Below, piece by piece: positions 1 to 14,225 of a stretch of 64,000 nucleotides of DNA. Numbering within the stretch: position 1 is the stretch's first letter; every line of letters begins with the position of its first letter. Location of the stretch: contig NC_043021.1 in the NCBI RefSeq assembly GCF_006345805.1, positions 1,922,001 to 1,986,000 on the forward strand. Reading direction: 5' to 3'. Source of the stretch: Octopus sinensis (lineage: Eukaryota). Under the pieces are notes generated by a model. It was not told the DNA's origin and did not search any database. It saw nothing but the letters and a program-made list of their open reading frames with translations. Made by a program: the position numbers and the translations under genes.

Positions 1-380
1 CCTGGGTTCAATTCTGCATTTTCTCTAACCCTGGGTCAACCCACACCTTGAGATTGGAACGAAGAAGGAAACAGTGGAGAGAGACCCACCACAGGTGAAT
101 TGTAACTGGAATTTAAAAGAAGAAAAAAAAACACACCCACACACACAGCCATGCTGTTTCTACCTGTAAGTTACATTAATGGTAGACATGACTGTAAGGT
201 ACATGTGTGGCTGTGTGGTAAGAAGCTCACTTCCCAACCTTGTGGTTCTGGGTTCAGTCCCACTACGTGGCACCTTGGGCAAGTCTTCTACTGTAGCTTC
301 AGGCTTACCAACGCCTTGTGAGTGGATTTGGTAGACAGAAACTGAAAGAAGCCTGTCATATGTATGTGTGTGTGTGTGTA

Positions 381-469
<89 letters not shown>

Positions 470-874
470 TTTATGTGTGTCTGTGTCTGTGTTTGTCCCC
501 CCCCCCCGGGGTCGCTTGACAACTGATGTTGGTGTGTTTATGTCCTGGTAACTTAACAGTTCAGCAGAAGAGACTGATAGAATAAGTACCAGGCTTACAA
601 AAGCAAGCTTTTCACTGTCCATCCATCCTCAAGGGATATTGTCTTGTGAGCTATTTAGTGACTTCACCAGTGCTGGTGCCATGTAAAAGCCATCCAGTAT
701 ATTCTGTGTAGTGATTGGCATTAGGAAGGGCATCCAGCAATAGAAAGCACAGGAAAACAGATTTTGGAGCTCAATACAGCCCTGTGATCTGTCAGATCCT
801 GTCAGACCATTTTTACCTCAAGTGCAGGACACATCTTTATATAAACATCACTTGGCCATCCAAACACAGTCATA

Positions 875-1010
875 TCTGTTGGCCACAACCCTTTAATTCC
901 TCTTATGTTCAGTTTTCCTTTCAACTCTTTTGTGCTCAGACAACCAGGAGTAAACTCCGGGACCTTGGGGGAATTGAAGTGATTCCACACCCAGCATGTA
1001 GTCCAGACCT
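875..1010 (+). mobile_element. mariner transposase remnant
   Basis: Encodes ...AQTTRSKLRDLGGIEVIPHPACSPDL, the mariner HPxYSPDL region. Confidence 0.7.
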
Positions 1011-1479
1011 GCATGGACTATATGCTGCATGGAATATGGATGCTAATTGGTGATGATGTGCCTAGTGTGAACTGTGAATGTACAAGAGGTGTAGTGGGAT
1101 CACATGCAGGGTAACAGAGAAGGTAAACTACACAGGTCGCAGGACTTTAGTAGTAAGTAGTAAGAGCACTTGTGACACAGACTATCCATTGCCCAGGTGG
1201 TTCTCTAGAAGTAGCTGATTAGTTTCTGTTATGTAGAGAGGAAAGTAGTTAGAGTAAGGGCTTGTTGAAGAAAGCTAGGGCAGTTATTTATAACCTCTGC
1301 TGGTAACAAAGAGCTTCTTCCTAAGAGTGAAGTGCAAATTCTATGATGTATGTGTATGGAGGGCAATGTTACATGGTAGAGGGGCAGGGGCCTTGAAAGC
1401 AGATCTGTGATGGCTAGAAAGAAACAAAGCAAGAATGTTTTGTGTTGAGTCAAAAGGTTTGTAATATTTTGGTGACTTA

Positions 1480-1900
1480 CTGGCTTCATTCGTCAAATTA
1501 CAAGAAAAGCAGCTGAGCATTCAACGTGGAGGCCATCATGCTGCACCGATGCACTGAAGCCACCTTTCTGCCAGTTCTTTGACCCCCATGATGATAGCAG
1601 TTCTCATCCTTTGAGGTGAAGAACTCCTTCATTGAAGCTTCTACCTTTTCTTGATTGATGCAGCATCAAAGAGCACAGGAAGTGAGCTGTGGGTTGGAAC
1701 AAGTAATGATCCAAGGGAGACGTGTCCAGACTATATGCTAAGCATGGGCATCAGTTTGTTTCCCCTCAAATTCCTGGAGTTTATTCCAGGTGGTTTGAGC
1801 ACAAAAGAGTTGAAAGGAAACCTGAACGGAAGAGGAATTAAACGTTGTGGGCAACAGAGAGGACTTTTATTTAGATGACTGAGTGAGTGTATATAAAGAG
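1480..1900 (-). mobile_element. mariner transposase 3' remnant, inverted relative to the 875-1010 copy
   Basis: Reverse complement aligns with 875-1010 and continues into the C-terminal ...VEASMKEFFTSKDEN...GVKELAERW... helix. Confidence 0.7.
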
Positions 1901-3429
1901 GAGCCCTGTGCTTATGGAATCTCTGAAAGACAGAGACCAAGAAAGACTTGGGGTGAAGAAGTGAAGACAGATCTTAATCTCTTACATTTCACAAAGGAGC
2001 TAACGTAGGCCTGCACTAACCCACACTCCCCACCTTCCACTCAGGTGTAGCAAAGCAAACACTAAGATTATGTATATTCTCACACACACACATATAATAT
2101 ATACATATATATATAATTCCAAGACAGTTAGAGGTTATGAATCCAACCAACTTAGAGATAATATCTGTCTTCCATATATACCGGCTTCTCCTTTCAGGTG
2201 CCAGTGTCACCTAAAAAGCACTTGTGCCACTGGCATGTGTTAGCACACGCATGCCAGTGGCACACAAAAGGCACCTGGCACACACTTAAGTGGCTGGGAT
2301 TAGGAAGGGCATCCAGCTGCAGAAACCAAGCCAAAACAGACAGTTGGAGGCTGGGGAGCTCTCGGGTTTGCCACCTCCGTGTCAAACCGTCCAACCCATG
2401 CCAGCATGGAAAGCAGACGTTAAATGAGGATCACCACACGCACACATGTATATAAATACCTATTCATACACACATACACACACACATACACACACACACA
2501 CACACGCATAACATTCCATTCCGTATTTCTAGCATGTCTGCCTGATGTCTGGTCCACATCATTCACATCTCGATGGCCTCTCTCGCCCTTCTAATATCCA
2601 AATCAATCACCTTCCTGTCTTTTATCCCTCCATCCACACATCACAATCACTCAATCCCTTTATTACCCATACCACAGCCACCCATGACCCTTCCATCTAT
2701 ACCTTTATCTCTCTTGCACATCTTCCCATCACTGCTCCGATTACAGAGTGCTCGGCTCTCACTCGCTTTCTCCCATTTCCAATCACACACACACACACAC
2801 ACAGAAATTATTGCGTTGCCATTATGTCTATCGATGACAGCATCATTCTCCTCTGTTGGAAACACATTTGCATTCTCCGCTCCCTGTCTTTACTGCTCCT
2901 TGTCATGTTTGCCATGTATCGCCTTCCTCCACCCACATCCATCTCTCATTCACTCCTTCCTCTTCCCAACACTCACAGTACTATGCTTTAGTGTCACCGA
3001 GGACAGTGGATTCTTATCTCCTTATTGCCCACAAGGGGCTGAACGTAGAGGGGACAAACAAGGACAGACAAAGGGATTAAATCGATTACATTGACCCCAG
3101 TGTGTAACTGATACTTAATTTATCAACCCTTAAAAGGATGAAAGGCAAAGTCCACCTCGGCGGAATTTGATGCCTTCTGTTCTTTGTGCAGAGCTTCCAA
3201 TCAGGATGCCCCAACACCTATTCTCACCTTCTCCCCATCTTTCCTTTAAGCAGCTTCCTAGTACAGGATCCATCTACTTTCCATTCCCCATATCACCATC
3301 ATCATCACTCAAAACTCTCCAACCCATCTGCGTGGCACCTTGGGTAAGTGCCTTCTACTATAGCCTCGGGCCGACCAAAGCCTTGTGAGTGGATTTGGTA
3401 GACGCAAACTGAAAGAAGCCTGTCGTATA

Positions 3430-6400
3430 TCTCTATATATATAAAACTGAGAATGTGTGTCTGTCTGTCTGTGTGTTTCCCTAAAACTTGAGAACTACAC
3501 AACCAATTTCATTCAAATTTTACACATGCCTTACTTAAGGTCTGGGGAGTGTCATCGGCAAATAAAATCTTAACTTTTTCTCTAGGGCGACTCCACAGCA
3601 ATATCATATCTTCTCCACTATTTCAGTATTACGTGTTAAAAGTGAAACAAAAACATCTCTCTTTTGTAATGCAGACACTTTCACTTTAATACTGAAACTA
3701 TTAAAGTGAAAGTATTATATAACAGGGATGAACCATTAACAAGTGGTCATCCATTTTGCTAGAAGATCTGCTATGGTCTTATATGCTACACCACTGGTTT
3801 TCAATTCATATTAATCAAATAAATATTCAATTTTTCACCCTTATTATGTGTGTGTGTGTGTATTAGCAATTCATATAAAATTGCATCAATGACTTGAACA
3901 AGTGGTTTCACATAAATGGGGATAAATTAAAAAGGTTTGTTGTTAATATTATTACTGTTTGACTATTGTAATCACGTTTGTTGGTTCCTCGTCAGGGAAA
4001 CGTTGTTGTGTTGCATTTGTTAAATAATTGTAAACTGTAACCCTCCCCCTTTCAGAGAAGGGGCTTTGGTTATTGTTTAAAAATTGAATTGTGTCCCTGT
4101 TTGGGGAAATTGACAATATTTTCACCATCTTTACGGAAGCATTTTTGTTAAAATGCCTTCGATAGAAGAAAGTCCAAAAATGAATTTCACTGCAGCCATA
4201 CACTTCTATACAAGAGGGAGGACAAGATCCAATTGATCGAAATTGCAAGAGACGGGCCTACAATTCCAGTCTGTTATATATTTTGAGTATTGTTATCACT
4301 AGCAATATCAAGATATAACTTTGTATTTTATGTGTAGATGTATATATATATATATAGATGTACATGTAATATGTACACATATATATACACATATATACAT
4401 GCATAATATATCTACCCATACACACACACACATACATAAGGGCAGGTGTGGCTGTGTGGTAACAAACTACGTTCCAAACACATGGTCCTGGGTTCAGTCC
4501 CACTGTGTGGTGACTTGGCATGTGTCTTCTGTTGAAGCCTCAGACCAACAAAAGCCTTCTCAGTGGATTTTGTACATATATACAGGCATACATACATATA
4601 TATACATGCATACGTGCATATTCGGCATAAACACTCTACCACTACAACTAATAACTGTTGGGAACACTTTCAAACCTGCTTTACATTCGAACTGGAATCT
4701 CAACGCCTGAGTTTTCCATCTGAAGTTAATCTCTCTCATGGAGCTCATACAAAAAGGGCAAGTCTTTGGGCCCATACAATGTGACATGTACACAATCGAG
4801 TGGCAAAAAAGGGGCCTTCCACATGCTCATATCCTGCTTTGGCTCTCAGTGAAGATCAATTCCAATGACATCGACAACATAATCTCTGCAGAGCTTCCTG
4901 ATCCAGCTTTAGACAAAGAACTATACGAAATAGTTAAAGCAAACATGGTACATGGTCAATGTGGGCATGGATTCAACATAAACTCACCATGCTTGAAGGA
5001 CAGCATATGTTCAAAAAGATTTCCAAGGAGGTTCCTACAAGAAACTCAGACAGGAGCTGATGGGTATCCATCATACAGATGCAGAAAACCAGAAGACGGA
5101 AGTTTCACAGCAACTATCGGACAGCATGATATTGATAATAGATGGATTGTTCCATACTGCCCACTCCTGTCAAAGACTTTCAATGCCCACATCAACGTTG
5201 AGTTTTGCAACTCCGTTAAATCCATCAAGTACGTTTGTAAATATGTAAACAAGGGTTCTGACGCTGCAATGTTTGGACTTCAACAAGAATACTGCCAGGA
5301 TGAGGTGACGCATTATCATGTGGGACGGTACATAAGTAGCAATGAGGCTTTCTGGCGCATCTTTGGCTTTCCAATTCACCAACGACACCCCACCATTCAA
5401 CAGCTTGCAGTGCACCTGGAAAATGGTCAAAGAGTGTACTTCACCGATGCTAATGCTTCTCTGTTGGCAGAGGAACCAAGGGATAGCACACTCACTGCAT
5501 TCTTCAAGCTTTGTCAAGTGGATCCATTCACTCAAACCTTGCTGTATCCACAGATTCCATCGTACTACACTTGGAATGGAAAAATATGTGCCCCACGGAA
5601 AGCAGGTCAAAATGTTCATGGATACCCTGGCATTAAGTTTCACACTTGCCTTGGGTGAGTATACACAGTGCATCCCACTCAACAAGAATGCTTCTACCTT
5701 CGTCTACTACTGCATGAGGTCAGAGGGCCAACGTCTTTCTAGGCCCTAAAACCCGTTCATGGACATGTCTGCACAACATACAGAGAAGCCTGCTATCGAC
5801 AAGGTCTGTTAGAAGATAGTGCACAATGGGATGCAACTTTAGGAGAGGCTGCTTTATCACAATCACCTAAAAGTCTCAGGGCACTATTTGCAGCATTACT
5901 ACAGGCATGCGAACTGTGTGATCCGGCCACTCTATGGCTCAAATATAGAGACAACCTGGCTGAAGACTTTCAGCGCCAAGCTCAACTGCTCTGTCCTGAC
6001 ATGGAGGGTATCAGCAATGAAATCTATAACAAAACACTCATTGACATTGAAGACAGAATTGCTAAACTGGGTGGAAATGAATTGTTGACGTATGACCTGC
6101 CATAAGCATTCAGGTCAGGGTCAAATAGCCTTCCCACTGCTGTCATTCGTGAAACAACCTACGACACTCAAGCGCTTTCAAAGTACATTGTTGAAAATGA
6201 GCCTAAACTACTTCCGGACCAGCTGCAGGCCTACAGAACTATTCTTAACAGTGTACGCCAATGCGAGGAACGAATCTTCTTCCTCGATGCTCCTGGAGGG
6301 ACAGAAAAAAACATTTATTACAAAGCTTCTCCTTGCAGAAGTTAGGCAGCATCAGGACATTGCAGTAGCTGTAGCCTCCTCTGGCATTGCAGCTACTTTG

Positions 6401-7759
6401 TTACCCGGTGGCAGGACAGCACACTCAACTTTTAAACTCCTTCTCAATTTAGCAGCATCCGAAATGCCTTCATGCAACATCAACAAAAGCTCAGATCAGG
6501 GACAAATACTTAAAATGTGTCATCTAATTGTCTGGGATGAGTGCACTATGGCTCACAAGGGAGGTTTGGAAGCATTAGATAGAGCCCTGAAAGACATCCA
6601 AGACTGTCAGGCTCCAATGGGAGGTGTAACGCTTCTGTTGTCAGGTGATTTCAGGCAAACTCTTCCTGTCATTCCGAAAGGCACTAGAGCAGATGAAGTC
6701 CAAGCATGCCTAAAGTCCTCTACCCTGTGGCATCATGTTACAATCCTCAGTCTCACCACTAACATGAGAGCTCAGCTACACGGCAACAAAATGTCCAGAA
6801 AGTTTGCACAGGACATTTTGACACTTGGTGAAGGCAAGATGCCTCTCGATGCTGCAGGACAAATGGAAGTGTGGTCATTTTCCTCCGTTGTTAATTCTGT
6901 AGATGACCTCAAAAACAAAGTCTTTCCCAACTTCACACAAAACTAACAAAATCATAATTGGCTGTGTGAAAGAGCAATATTAGCTAAAAAAAACGTTGCT
7001 GTTAACAAAATTAATCAACAGCTAATGCATTCTCTTCCCGGCACTATACACACTTACAAGTCTGTTGATACAATTCCAGATATTAATGAAGTTGTGAACT
7101 ATCCTCCTGAATTTCTCAATTCACTGGAGCCTCCTGGACTACCTCCACACATATTAGCACTTAAAGTTGGAACTCCTGTAATGCTACTCTGCAATCTGGA
7201 ACCACCAAGACTTTGCAATGGAACACGACTGGTGATAAAGAAAATGATGTCACACGTTATCGAGGCGATCATTCTTTCTGGATGTGGAAAAGGTGATGAC
7301 GTCTTTATTCCAAGAATTCCTCTTACTCCATCAGGAGCAGAAATTCCAATTACATTCAGAAGACTGCAATTCCCCCTTCGTGTCAGCTTTGCCATGTCCA
7401 TTAACAAATCTCAGGGTCAAACCCTCTCTGCAGCTGGTCTTCTCTTGGAAGAGCCCTGCTTCTCGCATGGGCAACTGTATGTTGGCTGCTCAAGAGTAGG
7501 AACCAAAAGAAACCTTTTTGTATATGCTCTACAAGAAAAAACAAGGAACATTGTTTACAACGAGGTGTTATAATCTCAACGACCAGGAGGTATATACATG
7601 ATCCCCTTTTTTTTTTTTTAACAAACTTCATGTACTTTCATGTATTTATATTAACATACATATACGTGTGTGTGTGTGTGTGTGTATCCATATATATATA
7701 ACAGAAAAGTTTAATTTTTCAACTGAATGTAACCGGGCAACGCCAGGTATCTCTGCTAG
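3430..7759 (+). mobile_element. Helitron, decayed and internally deleted, with both termini
   Basis: 5' A|TCTCTATATATATAAAA...; 3' hairpin ACCGGGCAACGCCAGGT (7732-7748) then CTAG|T (7756-7759); inserted between A and T with no TSD. Contains Rep/helicase coding remnants. Confidence 0.92.
4710..7573 (+). pseudogene. Helitron RepHel (HUH endonuclease plus PIF1 helicase) pseudogene
   Basis: HUH motif EWQKRGLPHAHILLW, KYVCKYVNKG, Walker A region FLDAPGGT(E)K, Walker B DECTM, GDFRQTLP, LCNGTRL, FAMSINKSQGQT, FSHGQLYVGCSRV. In-frame stops near 5656, 5740, 6101 and 6944, frameshift near 6305; the N-terminal Rep part is missing. Confidence 0.95.
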
Positions 7760-8589
7760 TATATATATATATATATTATATATATATATATTTATTAATA
7801 TGTCACATGTTTTTATAAATCATATATTAGCGCTTGCGTCCACTCCAGTGGAGTCTTCAGATCGAATTTTTTCAGGAGATTCGTCTCTTTTTATAGGATT
7901 ATTGTGTGTGTGTAGGGGAGGAGAGAGATATAAGATAGTAAAAGAGGGTGAGGAATAGGGAGAAAGCGAGTGTGTGTGAGCCTTTGTATCTCAAAGAAGT
8001 GTCAATGGAAAAGAGAAGGAAAGGAAGGACTGAACTCGGAACCATGTGGTTCGTAAGCAAGCTACTTACCACACAGCCACTCCTACGCCTATATATAACA
8101 CTTTAATAATGAGTATAGGGAGAAATTGTGAAGCAATCTTCTTAAGTATGGAGTTATATATTTCCGTATTTTTTTCCCTAATCGTCTTTGGTAAAGTACT
8201 TGTTTACATCAGCAAATTTTATTTTAATTAAAATCTACAAATTGGAAAAAGAAACTAAATATACAAGCTATAGGTTTAATTAGTATGCAACAGCAAATTA
8301 GTTATTATTAACTAATTTCTATTATTATTTACGAATCGACGAGGGAGCCTTCTACGTCGTGCTCCTCGAACCGCTAGAAACAACAGCGAAATTTGTCCCA
8401 AATTTTACCTTCGTTTTACCATCAGACACAAAAGAAGGACATGTTAGATAATGTAGACTTAGACACACTTGAACGTACAGGATGGTCGTGGCTGGAATGC
8501 TTTTGATGGTACATCTGTTCAATCAGTCCTATTAGCAACAACAGTTATGTAACACCGTGGATTATTTTGGTTTTGTCTTATTCCAAACT

Positions 8590-9525
8590 GTTGCGACACA
8601 TTTTTGTCATCAATTTATATATACAGTATACATACATAAACATATACACACGTATATATATATATATATATATTGTGTATATATATATATATATATATAA
8701 TATATATATGTGTGTGTGTATACACACACACAACACATATATACATACATACACACGTATATATACATGTATACACACACACACATATATACATACACAT
8801 GTATATACGCGCACACACACACACATATATATATACATACACACGTACACGCACACGCATGTACACACACATATGTACATGTACTCACAGATACACATAC
8901 ATACGCACACATGTACACACGTACCTACATATATGTACATACACACGCATGTACACACACACGTACATACATATATGTACACACACACACACATATATAT
9001 ATATATACACACATACACATATTACATAAACATCTGCAATCACACACGTCTATAATAAACCCTTCCAGTTATTAACATCATCAGCCTTGCGCGCCAATGA
9101 GGGAACTTCAGCAAGATCGTTTTGACTGCTAGAAATAACAGCAACATTCCTCCTCCCTTATCGTAATCTGCTGCTTTTTTAGTTTGTTTTTTTTGGGGGG
9201 GGGGTCTACAGAAAGGGAAAGAAGAAATGCTGCTAACACACTCTTAAATACACAACAACAACAAAAAGGCATGACGGTTACGGGTGGAAGAGTTTAAATT
9301 GCTGGGTCTGTCCGATAATGAGCGACCTGGGGCTGAATACCAACACCAACAACTATAAGCGTGACTTCCATGACCACCCCAACTTCGTAATGATACTCTT
9401 TCACGAGCAATCTGTAGAAATGATTCCACATCCACCCCGCCTCCAACAGATTCCAGGCATTGTGCCAATGTAAAGAATTCGTTATCGTTGCTTTTATTTT
9501 TACAGCTAACCTAACACACACACAC

Positions 9526-9556
<31 letters not shown>

Positions 9557-10038
9557 TACACACACATATTTATACATACATACATATATATATATATACA
9601 CACACATATTTATACATACATACATATATATATATACACACACATATTTATACATACATACATATATATATATATACACACACATATTTATACATACATA
9701 CATATATATATATATATACACACACATATTTATACATACATACATATATATATATATACACACACATATTTATATATACACACATATTTATATATACACA
9801 CACATATTTATACATACATATATATATATACACACATATTTATACATACATATATATACACACACACATTTATATATATATATATACACACACATATTTA
9901 TATATATATATATATACACACACATTTATATATATACACACACATACCTACAAACTCTCCCTCTTGGTGACTCAGGAAAAGCAGACAAGCATGAACATTA
10001 CAAATTCATCTCCCACCCCTACATACATGCACACACAC

Positions 10039-10100
<62 letters not shown>

Positions 10101-11977
10101 GCATCAACGGAGAGCGATGGTGGGTGGGGCTTCTCGTCTCGCAGACATCCTCGACGACTATCATTCATCGTGATCTTACTACTACTACCACCACCACCAC
10201 CACTACTACTACTACGCTAAATATGTAACTAATATGTCAAAACACTTTCGTATCACCCCGCCCATTTACCTCGAACGAAGACCGTCACCAAATAAACCAC
10301 CTTGTCTAAAGGCTTGTGGGTTTGCATACAAGCACACCCACATATACACTCTCATATGCATGCAATATATATTTACTCATGTTCATACAAATGTACATAC
10401 ACTCAATTTTTTTCACACTCACGTACGCGTGCGCGTAAGACAGATAGTTAGATAGATAGATAGATAGAAAGAAAGAGAGAGAGAGAGAAATAGATAGATA
10501 GATAAATAGATAGATAGGGATAGATAGACAGATAGATAGATAGATAGATAGATAGAGACACAGACAGACAGACGAACAGACACAGATAGATAGATAGATG
10601 GATGGATAGATGGATGGATGGATGGATAGATAGAGGGATGGATAGATGGATGGATAGATAGATGGATGGATAGAGGGATGGATAGATAGACATATAGATA
10701 GGTGGGGTACAATGAGGAAGATTTACTGCATTTTTGACTTTGAGCCAAAATATATTTTTCCATAAATGTTCACTACTTTACGAAAACTATATCAGCTAAG
10801 CAAATGACCTTCTTTAAATGCATTAAAAACATTATAACAATCCAAACACTATTTCAGAAAATTATTTCCGTTCTCTTTCTGCATGTATCAAACTTAGCTG
10901 GGGCAGAATGAGTAAGACAAAATAAGGTAAATCTGCTTCTCCAATTTTCCAGAATTACATTTGCAAAAAGCAAAAAGCAAAAAAAAAAAAAAAACTCATA
11001 CAAGTCAATATCGCTCTTTAGACATCAGAAAGACCAGAAATGTGCCAAAGATTCCAAATATCTAGGTCAAATGACAGAGGACCATGGAAAAATGGCACAT
11101 GGTAAGAAATTAATGAAACTCGACTAAATCTAAAATCTCAATGTGAAATATTCCCTATAACTTCTTCACGGTCTGCTGGGGTGGTTCTCTTCCCGATATA
11201 TTTAAGCACCATGCAGTTAAAGAGAAGAAATTATTAAAATTAGTCATTACTCATTTTGCCTCAGTTTAGGCATTTTTGTTTGAAAATTGAAAATTATCAA
11301 ATTAGACATTAGTGTAGAGAGAGAATCTAAAAAAAAAACTGACTTGGAATCCAACAGAATTTTGATTATTAAGCACCAAAAATTATCCCAAATATTTTTG
11401 TAGCAACCTTAATTACAATTGGGTAAAAGTTGAGAAAATATTTCTTGGAAAAAAAAAAGTACCTGTCACCTGAATATGCTTTAAACTCACTAAACTTCAA
11501 CAAGAAATCTGTTGATTAATTTTGATTCCTAAAGATAATGCAACGATGCAAAATGGGGAGGCAGTGCTTGCAAAGTAATGCTTTCAAACAGGTAGGGAAA
11601 AAAATAAGGAGAAACCAGAAATTAACTAATTTAGCCCCCCCAACCCCCACCCTATACAAATAATTTACTCATATATATCAATATCTATATATGCTCATGC
11701 ACACACACACACACATATATATGGTCATGCACACACACACACACACATATATATATGCTCATGCACACACACACACACACATATGCTCATGCGCACACAT
11801 ACACATATATATATATACTCATGCACACACACACACACACACACATATATGCTCATGCACACACACATATATGCTCATGCGCACACATACACATATATAT
11901 ATATACTCATGCACACACACACACACACATATATATATACTCATGCACACACACACACATATATATATATACTCATG

Positions 11978-12009
<32 letters not shown>

Positions 12010-12288
12010 CTCATGCACACACACACACACACATATATATATGCTCATGCACACACACACACACACACACATATATATGCTCATGCACACACACAACACA
12101 CAACATATATATGCTCATGCACACACACACACACACACACATATATATGCTCTCATGCACACACACACACACACACAACACACATATATGCTCATTCAAC
12201 ACACACACACACACAAACACATATATGCTCATCACACACACACACACACACACACAACAACACACACACACACACACATATGCTCATG

Positions 12289-12322
<34 letters not shown>

Positions 12323-12504
12323 ATATATATTATATATGCTCATGCACACACACACCACACATATATATACACACACACTTGCACAAATATAATTCATATA
12401 CATTCGGGCATATATTCATTTAGTCCGTATACATACACAAGATAAACAGATGGATAGATACCTATATAATATATACATATGTATACGTTACATTTATTCA
12501 TATA

Positions 12505-12549
<45 letters not shown>

Positions 12550-12757
12550 CATACATACTGTCATATACACACATAACACATATACTGACATATATATATA
12601 CACACACACACATAACATATAGTTACATATATATATATATATGTATATATACACACATAACATATACACTGACATATATATACATATATATATATATACA
12701 CACATAACATATACACTGACATATATATACATACACACACATAACATATATACTGAC

Positions 12758-12790
<33 letters not shown>

Positions 12791-12963
12791 TATACACACA
12801 TAACATATATACTGACATATATATATATGTAATATACCCCCATAACATATATACTGATATATATATACATACATACACACATAGCATATATACTGATATA
12901 TATATACACATAACATATATACTGACATATATATACACACACATACATAGCATGTATACTGGC

Positions 12964-13021
<58 letters not shown>

Positions 13022-13050
13022 CATACATATAACATACATACAGACACACA
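8590..13050. repeat. Microsatellite/minisatellite field in STOX intron 1
   Basis: (CA)/(TA) mosaic 8600-9050; ACACACATATTTATACATACAT(AT)n units 9555-9945; (GATA)/(GGAT) 10440-10700; ATGCTCATGC(AC)n(AT)n units 11690-12350; ACATAACATATATACTGAC(AT)n units 12545-12960. Confidence 0.95.
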
Positions 13051-13123
13051 CACGCGAAAAACGATGGCAACCCTGAAATTGATTTCCGTTAATTGCTGTA
13101 ATGAGGAAAAGCAGGTAACTTAC

Positions 13124-13913
13124 CTATATTGTCAATTGAGAAATTGGTCGGTGCCTTCAGCACACGACGACCCCAGGCCATCCGTAAATTATCCAAATGC
13201 AAGTCTGGTCCGCTTACCAACAGAGTACACGGCTGGACGAATCCCATATACTCCAAGTTCTTGATACTCTCTGCGAGGGCAGGGTTCCAGTAACAGGTTT
13301 TGTTCCGGAACCTGAAGTCTTCCCAGATCTCTCGCCCTCCACTGTAAGAAATGGAAGGTACAACAGATGTATCTGTACTACCAGCTGCAATTGCAGTAGT
13401 ATTGCTACCGACAGCACCACTCGAACCCTCAGCCACCGATGACGCTGTCGTTTCATGTTTGCTCGCACCGTCTCTATTCGCTCCAGCACCACCACCACCG
13501 CCGCCGCCGCCGCCCTGTGGATGGTTGTTACTGCTACTGTTATTGTTGTGGTTGCTGTGGCTGCCGCCCCTTAGTCCGTGGTGGTGGTTATGTTGGTGGT
13601 GGTGGTTGTGGTTGTGGTGGTGGTTGTGGTGGTGAGGAACCTGTAAAATGGACAGCGGTTGACGAGGACTTCGAGTCGGCGAGTTCCAAGCGGAAGACGA
13701 AGTGAAGCTTGGCGTGGCTGTTGTAGTCGCCGTGTTGGTGTTGCTGCTATTGCTGTAAATGCCAGTAGCACCTGCTGAACCTGCCGAACCGGGCCCATCG
13801 GCTTGCACGAATTGAGTTTTCGTGGGGCTCAGAATCACGGCTAAACATCGCGAGGTAACACAAACGTTCTTCGGTGCCGATCGGCAATCGTCCTGGTTGG
13901 CTTTCGACGACAT
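13124..13913 (-). CDS. STOX1: Storkhead-box protein (STOX1/STOX2 family), first coding exon; remaining exons outside the window
   Basis: ATG at 13913 (MSSKANQ...). Translation contains CLAVILSP and [73 protein letters not shown], which matches the recalled human STOX1 N-terminus ([33 protein letters not shown]...[22 protein letters not shown]). Ends at a phase-1 donor ATAG|GTAAGT. The ORF track starts at an upstream GTG. The symbol denotes the family; single-copy in invertebrates. Confidence 0.9.
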
Positions 13914-14213
13914 TTCACTCCTGCGCCAATCTTTGGACCATTCTAAGTTGGGTTCGGTTTCCAAAAACGAAGCAAACCCACGTCTCACAGACTTGCTGGG
14001 TTTCTGGTTGCGAGGGTGTGGGGTCTGTATTACAAATAAATATAAATATATTTCTATAATTTATCCTTTGAGGGGTTATTTACAGCACAAAGCAGCAGCC
14101 TCACTGCTCTGACCAGGCGATGATCACTAAAAGAGGCGGGGGCGAAGCACGGATCGCTTTTCACAGTGACATTGGTGTGTCGTAGCAATTGCCATTTAAA
14201 CAGTGTCATTTGA

Positions 14214-14225
14214 GCCACCTAGCGG
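14214..14225 (-). promoter_or_regulatory. CTCF-type core motif about 300 bp upstream of the STOX start codon
   Basis: Minus strand reads CCGCTAGGTGGC, matching the CTCF core CCRSYAGRKGGC. A GC-box-like GGCGGGGGC lies nearby (about 14135-14143). Motif match only. Confidence 0.4.

Noticed and set aside
2545-3094. Overlapping 148-aa and 173-aa plus-strand ORFs
   Set aside because: CT/CA-rich low-complexity sequence open in several frames, no homology recognised, antisense to the STOX intron.
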